Below, piece by piece: positions 1 to 8,221 of a stretch of 28,873 nt of DNA. The notes beneath the pieces were generated by a model. The model saw nothing but the letters and a program-made list of their open reading frames with translations. It was not told the origin of the DNA and did no database searches. Source of the stretch: an uncultured bacterium (GTDB lineage: Bacteria > Abyssobacteria > SURF-5); contig CAZSKP010000048.1 of NCBI GenBank assembly GCA_964607485.1, positions 1 to 28,873 of the forward strand, read 5' to 3'. Position 1 is the first letter of the stretch. Each line of letters starts with the position of its first letter. A program made the position numbers and the translations under genes.

Positions 1-549
1 GTCTATATGAACGCCGCGACGATGGAAGGCGCCTGCGCCTACGTCGGCAAGGTGCCGACCGTTCGAACATTCTCGACCGGGCAGGCGTTGACGATGGGCG
101 ACTTGACCGTGCAGACCTACCCGGTGCCGCACGACGCCGCCGACCCGATCGGGCTGAGCATCCAGAACTCGTCGGGTCGCGTCGGCATAGCCCTGGACAT
201 GGGGTATCCCACCAAACTCGTGAAACAGCGGCTGGGAAACTCGAACGTACTGATACTCGAATTCAATCACGACCCCGAGATGCTCCGGCAGTGTCCGCGG
301 CCGTGGGAGTTGAAACAGCGGATACTCAGCAAGAAGGGCCACATGTCCAACGAGGCCGCGCTCGAGCTCCTGTGCGAGCTCATGCACGACCGGCTTCGCG
401 CGGTCGTTCTCGCCCATCTGAGCCGCGAGGCCAACTCCGCGCAGACCGCGTACTCATTGGTTTCGGAACGCCTGAGGAAGCTCGGCCGGAGCGACGTCGA
501 GGTATTCGTGGGAGCCCAGGACGAAGTCGGGGGTCACATCAGGGTGTGA
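1..549 (+). CDS. Metallo-beta-lactamase-fold hydrolase (YycJ/WalJ-like), 5'-partial
   Basis: Frame is open from base 1 (GTC TAT ATG). C-terminal MBL motifs VPHDA, DMG, LEFNHD, GHMSN and LAHLS..N are present. The HxHxDH motif would lie upstream of the window. Confidence 0.85.
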   Translation, partial: VYMNAATMEGACAYVGKVPTVRTFSTGQALTMGDLTVQTYPVPHDAADPIGLSIQNSSGRVGIALDMGYPTKLVKQRLGNSNVLILEFNHDPEMLRQCPRPWELKQRILSKKGHMSNEAALELLCELMHDRLRAVVLAHLSREANSAQTAYSLVSERLRKLGRSDVEVFVGAQDEVGGHIRV

Positions 550-611
550 GTCGGCAGACGGCTCGCCCGGCGCATGTGCTCATGGTGCGTTCAGTGAGAA
601 GGAGGTAACAC

Positions 612-1955
612 ACGGCTTCGGAAATTGACACGAGCGCTCCTTGTTTGCCGTTCTCGCTATTCTGCTCGTTCGCAAACCTTGCGGGCATTCCGATAAAATT
701 CTGCGGGACCGATGGACAGCCGCTGCCCGGTGCGCCCATCGTTCCGGCCGTCGGTCCGTGCGCTGTTCTGGGCAGGAGTGGCGCTTTCGGCGAGATCTGC
801 GCGAAGAACCACGCCGGCGTCGCCGCAACGGCCGCCGGACTGCGCCGACCCTACATCTTCAATTGTCACGTACGACTCGCCGGGTGGGCTATCCCGGTCA
901 TCCGCAACGGCCGGCCGCTCGACGCGACGATCATATGCGGCGGCGTGCTGCTCATCGAACCCGACATCGCGCTCATCAGACACGTTGAACGTGTCGCCTC
1001 GGAGCACGACGTCGACCCTGCCGAGCTTGTGCGCTCGCTCGATTCGGTTCCCGTCCTTTCGCGTGAACAACTGCGTGCGATCACCGATTTTCTCTATGAG
1101 ATGACCGAAACATTCGCCGACTATGTCCCCGTCTCCGGTGCGCCGGAAGCTCCTGCCGCAACGCCGGGGCCCGCCGCGTCGCCCGTGTCCATTGTGTTTC
1201 CGCCGGTGCGCCGGAAGGAAACGAAGAAGGCGAGGCTGCGACGCGCCACCGCGTTGATGCGACAGAGCGCCGAGGCAGAGGTCGTCCGCCTTCTGAGGGA
1301 ACGCAAGCCCGACCAGGCGCTTGACACGTTGCGTCAACTGCTGTCGGGCGAGGGTGAGAGCGCACGTGGGGCGGGGGCCGGCAAGAGCCTGGACACGGCC
1401 GAAACCTTCACGCGCTTGTTTCGGTGTCTTACTGAGGGCGCGCGCGTTCCCCGCAGCCTTTACCGCAGGCAATCGCGCCTGGTCGAAAGGGTGCTCTCAC
1501 AAGAAAGACCCGGCGCGTCGCCCGATTACCTCGAGCGCGCATGCGAGGATTTCGTTTCGGTTGCCGAGGAATTGACCGGAGAACCCCGCCCGCGGAAGCT
1601 TAAGACAATTCAGAAGTTTTTGGAACAGAATCTTTCCAAGAAACTCACGCTCCGGACCGTCGGCGAGAAATTCGGCGTCAAGGAAAGGGCGCTCAACGCG
1701 CTCATACGCAAATACTGTGGAATGAGCTTCACCGATTATGTCACCTCGCTTCGCGTTTCCGAGGCCAGGCGGATGCTCCAGGCCGGCGACATGAGCATTG
1801 GAGAGATTGCGCGTCGCACCGGCTTCACCGACCAGAGCTATTTCACGAAGGTGCTCAAATCTCAAGTCGGTTCCACGCCCACCGAGTTCAGGGCCAAACA
1901 AAAGCGGCTCCCGAAATCCCGGAACAAGACGAAAAAAGGCGCGCGAAAGCGCTAA
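612..1955 (+). CDS. PocR ligand-binding domain + AraC-family HTH transcriptional regulator
   Basis: N-terminal PocR-like segment (F..LAGIPI...DGQPL, Cys residues, FNCH..L...AIPVI..G) and C-terminal AraC signature (SIGEIARRTGFTDQSYFTKVLKSQVGSTPTEFR). Start uncertain: ORF track TTG at 645, while the SD AAGGAGG (599-605) points to in-frame ACG at 612. Confidence 0.85.
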   Translation, partial: TASEIDTSAPCLPFSLFCSFANLAGIPIKFCGTDGQPLPGAPIVPAVGPCAVLGRSGAFGEICAKNHAGVAATAAGLRRPYIFNCHVRLAGWAIPVIRNGRPLDATIICGGVLLIEPDIALIRHVERVASEHDVDPAELVRSLDSVPVLSREQLRAITDFLYEMTETFADYVPVSGAPEAPAATPGPAASPVSIVFPPVRRKETKKARLRRATALMRQSAEAEVVRLLRERKPDQALDTLRQLLSGEGESARGAGAGKSLDTAETFTRLFRCLTEGARVPRSLYRRQSRLVERVLSQERPGASPDYLERACEDFVSVAEELTGEPRPRKLKTIQKFLEQNLSKKLTLRTVGEKFGVKERALNALIRKYCGMSFTDYVTSLRVSEARRMLQAGDMSIGEIARRTGFTDQSYFTKVLKSQVGSTPTEFRAKQKRLPKSRNKTKKGARKR

Positions 1956-1980
1956 TGCAAAACTAAGGAGGATCGTAACC

Positions 1981-2334
1981 GTGATAAAAGTAATCTATTG
2001 CCTTCGCCGAAAGCCGGGCATGACGGTCGAGGAATTTCAGAAGTACTGGCTCGAAACGCACGCCCTGATTGGCAAGAAGATTCCCGGCGTCAAGCGCTAC
2101 GTGCAAGCCCATACGATCGGCGGGGAGTTCCAGCAACTGCTGGCGGAGGCGCATCCGTCGGGGAAGAACGAACCCTTTGACGGCGTTGCAGAACTCTGGT
2201 TCGAAGAGGAAGACCTGCGGAGCCTTCCGGGGAAACCGGGGGCGCTCGCCGCGATGCAGGACGAAGCCAACTTCATCGACTTCGACCGGTCCGTCATATT
2301 CCTCGCGACCGAGCACGTCATTGTGGGCAAGTAA
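1981..2334 (+). CDS. EthD-domain protein (dimeric alpha/beta barrel)
   Basis: MIKVIYCLRRKPGMTVEEFQKYWLETHA...PGVKRYVQ...FDGVAELWF...DEANFID is the EthD pattern. GTG at 1981 follows SD AAGGAGG; the ORF-track start at 1798 overlaps the AraC gene. Confidence 0.85.
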   Translation: MIKVIYCLRRKPGMTVEEFQKYWLETHALIGKKIPGVKRYVQAHTIGGEFQQLLAEAHPSGKNEPFDGVAELWFEEEDLRSLPGKPGALAAMQDEANFIDFDRSVIFLATEHVIVGK

Positions 2335-2373
2335 GCCTGTTGCGCGCAGAGAAGGAAGACGAGCACCGACAGC

Positions 2374-3516
2374 TCAGCCAAGCAACATGCGTGCGATAAC
2401 GTAGCGCTGGATCTCCGAGGTGCCGTCCCAGATGCGACCGAGGCGGGCGTCGCGGTAGAAACGCTCGATGGGCGAACCCTTCAGCAGCCCGATTGCGCCG
2501 TGAATTTGCAGCGCGCGATCGGCCACGCGGCAACCCATCTCCGAAGCGAACAGCTTTATCATCGAAGATTCAAGCGTGATCCGCTCGCCGCGGTCGAGCT
2601 TGCGGGCGGCATCGTGAACCATCAGGCGGGCGGCATGCACTTCCGTCGCCATGTCCGCGAGCATCCACTGAATCGCCTGAAACCGGCCTATCGGCTTACC
2701 GAACTGGACACGTTCCTTTGCATATTCCACCGAAAGCTCGAGCAGCTTCTGCGACGCGCCCACGGCGACGGCCCCGATGAACTGTAGCCGGCCCGAGTCG
2801 AGACCGGCCATCGCGACGATGAAGCCATGGCCTTCCTCGCCGACAAGGTTCTCCGCCGGGACGCGGCAATCCTCAAAGCGGAGCCGCGCAGTCGGCATCC
2901 CGCGCAATCCCATCTTCGGCTGAACCGCATCCACCGAGAAACCGGGAAAGTCCCGTTCCACAACAAATGCGCTGACGCCTCCCCGCGCGCCCTTTTCCGG
3001 GTCGGTGACAGCGAACACGAGGTGGAGGTCGTTGACGCTTCCGTTTGAGATCATGTGCTTCGTGCCGTTGAGGTAGTAGTAGTCGCCCCGTCGTTCCGCC
3101 CGCGTTTTTATGTTGGCCGCATCGCTTCCCGCCTCGGGCTCGCTCAGCGCGAAATCGGCCCTCGACTCGCCGCGCGCAATGCGGGGGAAATATTTATCCT
3201 TGAGCGCGTCCGTGCCGAATTGGGCGAGGCCGGACATCGAGCCTCCTATGAAGCGGACGACCGACTGGTTGGCGCGCGACAGTTCCTCCATCACGACGCA
3301 CATCTCGAGATTGTTCAGCCCCATGCCGCCGTATTCCTTCGGCACGCCCATCCCGTACAGGCCCGTCTCGGCTATCTTCGCCGCAAGCGAGTCGGGTATC
3401 GCGTCGGTCTCCTCTATCACGTTCGACAGCGGCTCGATTTCCGTTTCCACGAACTCGCGCGTCTCTATTTTCAGCTCTTCCAGGTGTTCGTCCACGATTG
3501 GTTTCCTCGGATTCAA
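2374..3516 (-). CDS. Acyl-CoA dehydrogenase family protein
   Basis: Motifs FALSEPEAGSD, LNGTKHMISNG, KMGLRG, YAKERVQFGKPI, QIHGAIG and IWDGTSEIQR; about 380 aa. Exact start uncertain. Confidence 0.95.
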   Translation of the reverse strand: MNPRKPIVDEHLEELKIETREFVETEIEPLSNVIEETDAIPDSLAAKIAETGLYGMGVPKEYGGMGLNNLEMCVVMEELSRANQSVVRFIGGSMSGLAQFGTDALKDKYFPRIARGESRADFALSEPEAGSDAANIKTRAERRGDYYYLNGTKHMISNGSVNDLHLVFAVTDPEKGARGGVSAFVVERDFPGFSVDAVQPKMGLRGMPTARLRFEDCRVPAENLVGEEGHGFIVAMAGLDSGRLQFIGAVAVGASQKLLELSVEYAKERVQFGKPIGRFQAIQWMLADMATEVHAARLMVHDAARKLDRGERITLESSMIKLFASEMGCRVADRALQIHGAIGLLKGSPIERFYRDARLGRIWDGTSEIQRYVIARMLLG

Positions 3517-3548
3517 ACAGAGTATGGAACAGGAATTTTCGCGGACAC

Positions 3549-3557
3549 ATTATAACA
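3549..3557 (-). promoter_or_regulatory. Putative extended -10 promoter for the acyl-CoA dehydrogenase
   Basis: Minus strand reads TG-T-TATAAT about 35 nt upstream of the CDS; no good -35 box. Confidence 0.45.
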
Positions 3558-3589
3558 TATCAGAAATCTGCCTAATATTCGTCCGCGAG

Positions 3590-3602
3590 GGGGACTGTCC
3601 CC
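3590..3602. repeat. Short GGGGAC-T-GTCCCC palindrome (REP-like)
   Basis: Inverted repeat 6+1+6; related GGGACA half-sites near 3674 and 5645 flank the Rhs block. Confidence 0.4.
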
Positions 3603-3622
3603 ACCGCTCTCGGGGATATTTC

Positions 3623-3652
3623 TGTAGGGGCGCACGGCCGTGCGCCCCTACA
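3623..3652. repeat. GTAG-type REP palindrome, copy 1
   Basis: Perfect 30-bp palindrome TGTAGGGGCGCACGGCCGTGCGCCCCTACA; a near-identical copy is at 23623-23650. Confidence 0.85.
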
Positions 3653-3829
3653 ACCGGACGCGACACGAAAACCGGGACAAGAAATTCCCATTCTCACAGA
3701 TAGTAGTACAGCCCGGCCGGCTGCTAGCTCCTTCACAGGCTGTGAGCGAAGGGAGGGCTTAGCCTTCTTCAGTAAAAGAGCAGAAGAATGGGGCTCATGA
3801 AAACTAACTTCCTGCATGCAAACTCCTTC

Positions 3830-3858
3830 TTGACAAGAATTTGGCTGTATGGTATATT
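3830..3858 (+). promoter_or_regulatory. Putative sigma70 promoter abutting the Rhs remnant
   Basis: TTGACA (3830-3835), 17 nt, TATATT (3853-3858), with an extended -10 TG. Confidence 0.65.
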
Positions 3859-4559
3859 CTCACGCAACTGAATCGCGCGGGCAGGTACATAACGAAGAGC
3901 TACAAGCATGACGTGTTCGGGAATATCATCTCGGAGACGGGTCCGGCATTTAACCGCGGGTTCACCTACACCTCGCGCGAGCGCCACGCCCGCAGCGGGT
4001 TCTACTACTACCGCGCCCGCCTCTACGACCCACAGACCGGCCGCTTCCTCACCCAAGATCCGATCGGGCCCTTGGGCGGGGTGAATTTATATGCGTATGT
4101 GGGGGATAGTCCGGTTAATCTGATTGATCCACTAGGATTATTTCTTATGGCTGGTGCAGACATATTACCGAGCATTGAGGTTCCAAAATTCAGTAATGTG
4201 AGGGATTTCGCGGAAATGATTGACTCCATTTCCAATGACGAGACAACAATAATAATAGTTGCTCATGGGGAACCTGGCGGGAGAACTAATGTTGGTATTG
4301 CCGGTAGCGATGGAACAACCACATATAACTTGATCGCTGGGAAAAAGTTGTACGAGCCGTTAATCAACAAAAAGCAAGACAAATGCCAAATCTCAAGAGT
4401 ATTCATTTCTTTGTGTGCGATCTTTCCAGAGAGGAGGAGGGACAAGCTCTCAAATGCAAGCTTAAAAGGGAGCTGCCAGGTGTTGAAATCAAAGGCTTCG
4501 AAAGAAAAATCCCGCGGGCATTGCTCTTCTATGGATTGATTTTGGATTTGTTCAGCTGA
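3859..4559 (+). pseudogene. Orphan Rhs core plus C-terminal putative toxin tip (His-Gly/Cys, caspase-like fold?), apparently frameshifted near 4329-4345
   Basis: Rhs core motifs D.FGN, FTYTSRE, GFYYYRARLYDPQTGRFLTQDPIG..GG.NLYAYV...PVNLIDPLGL. No N-terminal YD repeats or convincing start. The tip is lower in GC. An alternative frame open 4329-4559 gives a more protein-like end than the ORF-track frame (stop 4539). Confidence 0.8.
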
Positions 4560-4586
4560 CCGAGAGAACTGAGGGGTTCTGAGCAT

Positions 4587-5333
4587 ATGAGAAAAATATT
4601 GAAGCGTGTCGTGGTTGCTCTGTCGCTAGTGGTCATAATACTAACCTCGCTTTACTGGTATTGTTTTATTCCGGACGGCTCGGGTCGTATTCGAGCGGCT
4701 AAGTGGGCCCTCGAAAGGCTGTCTGGAAATATATTTCTTCAACGAGTAGCCAGCTTCCGACAAGTCAACAGTCGCATCAGCAGCTTCTATTTGTCCCGTG
4801 ATCGGATGCCAACTCCGAAAGAGATTGAAGAAATCAGAGCCGAAAGCGAGACAATCCTGAAGAAGGAAGGATGGTACCAATTCCCTGGAGAAGACTACTA
4901 CAACTACGGGTACGAAAGAGGAGAATGTTCGTTTGTGGTAAAGTCATCGTGCTTCAAGGATTGTTTTGATGAACAATTCCAAGAAGGCTATCTTCCAGTT
5001 ATCAAGGACACTATGAGTCAATTGGAGCATACATGGCTCATATACGATGAGAAGCGCGAATGGGTTTACTTCCTTGAGCCCGAACTGTTGAGTATTCAGC
5101 CCTACTTTGTCTCTCCGACATGCCTATACGTACTGAGCGAGCTGAAGTCGCGAAAAGAAGAGTTATATGAGGAGATCCGAAAGGAACTTCTCCAAGAGAT
5201 TGCGGAAGGAACCTACGACGAGAGCATCTGTGTTCTTTCAAAATCATTTCGGGAGAGGATAGTCAAGCGCAAACAAAAGCAAGAAGCTTCCCAGATGGAA
5301 CTGATTGCTCCTTCGAAGGAAAGTGGTCCGTGA
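4587..5333 (+). CDS. Hypothetical membrane-anchored protein; putative immunity/partner of the Rhs tip
   Basis: 248-aa lower-GC ORF directly after the Rhs tip and before a second Rhs core. Basic N-terminus plus hydrophobic helix (VVVALSLVVIILTSLYWYCFI). The role is inferred from position only. Confidence 0.65.
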   Translation: MRKILKRVVVALSLVVIILTSLYWYCFIPDGSGRIRAAKWALERLSGNIFLQRVASFRQVNSRISSFYLSRDRMPTPKEIEEIRAESETILKKEGWYQFPGEDYYNYGYERGECSFVVKSSCFKDCFDEQFQEGYLPVIKDTMSQLEHTWLIYDEKREWVYFLEPELLSIQPYFVSPTCLYVLSELKSRKEELYEEIRKELLQEIAEGTYDESICVLSKSFRERIVKRKQKQEASQMELIAPSKESGP

Positions 5334-5369
5334 TTGTTGCCGTTCGCGGTGCTCTTTTTTCCACGCCGA

Positions 5370-5579
5370 AACCACCAGGGCAGCGTGACGGAATTGCTGA
5401 ATGCGGGCGGGTACCTGACAAAGAGCTATAAATACGACGCGTTCGGGAACATCATCTCGGAGACGGGGCCGGCGTTCAACCGGGGCTTCACCTATACGGC
5501 GCGTGAGCGCCATTCTCGCAGCGGGTTCTACTACTACCGCGCTCGTTTCTACGACCCCCGGATGAACCGGGACTCCTGA
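5370..5579 (+). pseudogene. Second, truncated Rhs core fragment
   Basis: NHQGSVTELLNAGGYLTKSYKYDAFGNIISETGPAFNRGFTYTARERHSRSGFYYYRARFYDP, then stops before GRF/DPxGL. It is a diverged direct repeat of about 3860-4032. Confidence 0.85.
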
Positions 5580-5698
5580 AACGCATATCCTCTATCTGTC
5601 CAACGATTGGTTGACCGCGGTGTTGCTCTGAGGACAGTCGCACGGGGACACTTTTCATTCTCCACTTAAATCCCACCCATTGTGTCCGAATATGCCGG

Positions 5699-5727
5699 TT
5701 GCCAATGCTATCGGCTTTTGCTATATT
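5699..5727 (+). promoter_or_regulatory. Putative sigma70 promoter of the pdh operon
   Basis: TTGCCA, 17 nt, TATATT with extended -10 TG, about 60 nt upstream of the likely pdhA start. Confidence 0.6.
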
Positions 5728-5787
5728 TATGGAAAAATCGCAATAGGCCGGTTACCGGCTCCACCTTCCCGAGGAGGTAAGCTTGTC

Positions 5788-6750
5788 TTGGACGCCGAGC
5801 TGCAAATCCAACTATACAAAAAAATGGTCCTGATCCGCCGGTTCGAGGAGCGAACGAACCAGATGTATCAGAAGGGCAAAATCAGCGGGTTCTGCCACCT
5901 GTACATCGGCCAGGAGGCCGTCGGCGTGGGCGCTATCTCGGCCGTTCGGGAGACCGACTACGTCGTCACCGGCTACCGCGAGCACGGGCAGGCTATCGTG
6001 AAGGGCATGGACCCGAAGCTCGTCATGGCAGAGCTGTTCGGCAAGGAGGCGGGCATCTCCAGGGGCAAGGGCGGCTCGATGCACATCTTCAACCGAGAGA
6101 AGCGGTTCCTGGGGGGCGACGCCATCGTCGCGGGAAACCTCCCGCTCGCCACCGGCGCCGCGCTCGCGTGCAAATACCGCAAGAGCGACGACATCGTGCT
6201 GTGCTTCTTCGGCGACGGCGCGGTCAACGAAGGCGCCTTCCACGAATCGTTCAACCTGGCCTCGCTGTGGAGCCTGCCAGTCCTTTTCTTCTGCGAGAAC
6301 AACCAATACGGCATGGGCACTCCCGTCGGCCGCGCATCTTCGATACAGGACCTGGCCAAGCGGGCGGCGGGCTATGATATGGACTGGCAGATAATCGACG
6401 GAATGGACGTCGCCGAGGTGTACGAGGCAGCCCATAAGACTGCCGAGCGCATCCGCTCACAGAAGAGGCCGGAGATGATTGAAGCGAAGACCTACCGGTT
6501 CAGGGGACATTCGGTGGCCGATCCGGAAGTGTATCGGACGAAGGACGAAGTCGAGAAATGGAAGCAGCGCGACCCCATCGTCAGGTTCCGCAGCACGCTC
6601 AAAGGAGAAGGCGTCCTGAGCGAGGAGCAAATCAAACAAATCGCCGACGAGGCCGAAAAGACCGTGAACGAAGCCATAGAGTTCGCCGAGAAGGCGGAGT
6701 TCCCGCCGGCCTCGGCGATATGCGAGTACGTGTACGCGGGGAAATTCTGA
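5788..6750 (+). CDS. pdhA: Pyruvate dehydrogenase E1 alpha subunit
   Basis: GFCHLYIGQEA, YREH, GKGGSMH, TPP motif GDGA...ENN, and TYRFRGHSVADP. TTG at 5788 follows SD AGGAGG (5772-5777). Confidence 0.93.
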   Translation: MDAELQIQLYKKMVLIRRFEERTNQMYQKGKISGFCHLYIGQEAVGVGAISAVRETDYVVTGYREHGQAIVKGMDPKLVMAELFGKEAGISRGKGGSMHIFNREKRFLGGDAIVAGNLPLATGAALACKYRKSDDIVLCFFGDGAVNEGAFHESFNLASLWSLPVLFFCENNQYGMGTPVGRASSIQDLAKRAAGYDMDWQIIDGMDVAEVYEAAHKTAERIRSQKRPEMIEAKTYRFRGHSVADPEVYRTKDEVEKWKQRDPIVRFRSTLKGEGVLSEEQIKQIADEAEKTVNEAIEFAEKAEFPPASAICEYVYAGKF

Positions 6751-6751
6751 A

Positions 6752-7738
6752 ATGGCCCAGCTCAGATATCGCGAAGCCCTGAGGGATGCGCACGCCGAGG
6801 AGATGCGGCGCGACGATAAAGTGTTCCTGATGGGGGAGGAGGTCGGCGTCTGGGGCGGCTCGTTCAAGGTGAGCGAGGGACTGCTCGAGGAGTTCGGCGA
6901 CCAGCGCGTCATCGACACGCCCATCTCGGAAGAAGTCATCGTGGGCGCCGGAATCGGAGCGGCGATGGTCGGCCTCAGGCCGATAGTCGAGCTCATGACG
7001 GTGAACTTCTCGCTCCTTGCGATGGACCAGATTATCAATCACGCGGCGAAGCTGTACTACATGTCGGGCGGGCAGTTCCCCATTTCGCTCGTCATACGCG
7101 CGCCCGGCGGGGCGGGACAACAGCTCGGCGCCCAACACTCGCAGAACCTCGAGGCCCACTTCGTGCACACGGCTGGATTGAAGGTCGTCATGCCCTCGAC
7201 GCCGGCAGACGCGAAGGGTCTGTTGAAGTCGTGCATCCGCGACGACGACCCCATCGTTTTCCTCGAACACGAGGCGCTGTACGGCATCAAGGGCGAAGTG
7301 CCCGACGACGAGGACTTCACCATCCCGCTGGGTGTGGCCGACGTCAAGCGCGAAGGCTCCGACGTGACCATCGTGGCCTATTCCCGGATGGTGCACGTGG
7401 CGCTCCAGGCCGCCTCGAAACTGGCGGACGAGGATGGCGTGAGCGTGGAGGTCGTCGACCCGCGCACGCTGAAACCGTTCGACATCGATGCCCTGACGAA
7501 ATCGGTGGAGAAGACGGGCCGGCTCATCATTGTCGAGGAGGATTGTCGCACGGGCGGCGTCGGCGCGGAGATCGCCGCATCGGTCGGCGAGCGCGCATTC
7601 TATAACCTCGATTCGCCCATCCTGCGCGTCGCCGGAGCGGACGTTCCGATGCCATATTCGAAGCACCTCGAACAGAGCGCTATTCCTCAAGTCGAAGACG
7701 TTGTCTTCGCCGTCAAGAAGATTCTGGCTCGAAAATAA
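6752..7738 (+). CDS. pdhB: Pyruvate dehydrogenase E1 beta subunit
   Basis: MGEEVG, DTPISE, GLRPIVE, AQHSQ, GSDVTIVAY and VVDPRTLKP; starts 1 nt after pdhA. Confidence 0.95.
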   Translation: MAQLRYREALRDAHAEEMRRDDKVFLMGEEVGVWGGSFKVSEGLLEEFGDQRVIDTPISEEVIVGAGIGAAMVGLRPIVELMTVNFSLLAMDQIINHAAKLYYMSGGQFPISLVIRAPGGAGQQLGAQHSQNLEAHFVHTAGLKVVMPSTPADAKGLLKSCIRDDDPIVFLEHEALYGIKGEVPDDEDFTIPLGVADVKREGSDVTIVAYSRMVHVALQAASKLADEDGVSVEVVDPRTLKPFDIDALTKSVEKTGRLIIVEEDCRTGGVGAEIAASVGERAFYNLDSPILRVAGADVPMPYSKHLEQSAIPQVEDVVFAVKKILARK

Positions 7739-7764
7739 CCGTTTCTTTTTGAAAGGGTCCCGTC

Positions 7765-8196
7765 ATGGCGAACAAAGTAACTGTGCGATACCTCGAAAAT
7801 CTTCAGCATCAGGTCATCTGCTTTCCGCATTCTTTCATAGCCGACGAACCGTTGGAGGATGAGGGCGACGGGCTTGGCCCGAATCCCTACGACCTTCTCC
7901 TGAGTTCGCTCGGGGCCTGCACCGCGATGACCCTCATAATGTACGCGAACAGGAAGAAGATCCCCGTCGAGACGATAAGCGTTGAACTCGACCACCAACG
8001 AACCTACCGCGAGGACTGCGAAGGTTGTGCGGAGGAAGAGAAGCGCGTCGAAAAAATCTCGCGCCGCATCACCGTCAAGGGCGCAATCACCGATGAGCAG
8101 AAAAACAAGCTGCTCGAGATAGCCCAAAAGTGTCCCATCCACAGGACTATCGCAGCCAAGCCGATAGTCGAAGACAGCATAGAGGTGTACGACTGA
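7765..8196 (+). CDS. OsmC/Ohr-family protein (YhfA-like) with extra CxxC
   Basis: ADEP...G.G.GPNPYDLLLSSLGACTAMT and AQKCPIHRT carry the two conserved OsmC cysteines; an additional DCEGC is present. Confidence 0.92.
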   Translation: MANKVTVRYLENLQHQVICFPHSFIADEPLEDEGDGLGPNPYDLLLSSLGACTAMTLIMYANRKKIPVETISVELDHQRTYREDCEGCAEEEKRVEKISRRITVKGAITDEQKNKLLEIAQKCPIHRTIAAKPIVEDSIEVYD

Positions 8197-8221
8197 ACGC
8201 TATGGAAGAGGGAGACCGGTA

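Noticed and set aside
3721-3739. 15/19-nt match to the 3' end of the Rhs partner gene (5301-5319), suggesting a remnant of an earlier cassette
   Set aside because: Too short to distinguish from chance.
5680-5787. ORF-track N-terminal extension of pdhA
   Set aside because: It overlaps the predicted promoter, and a strong SD points to TTG at 5788.
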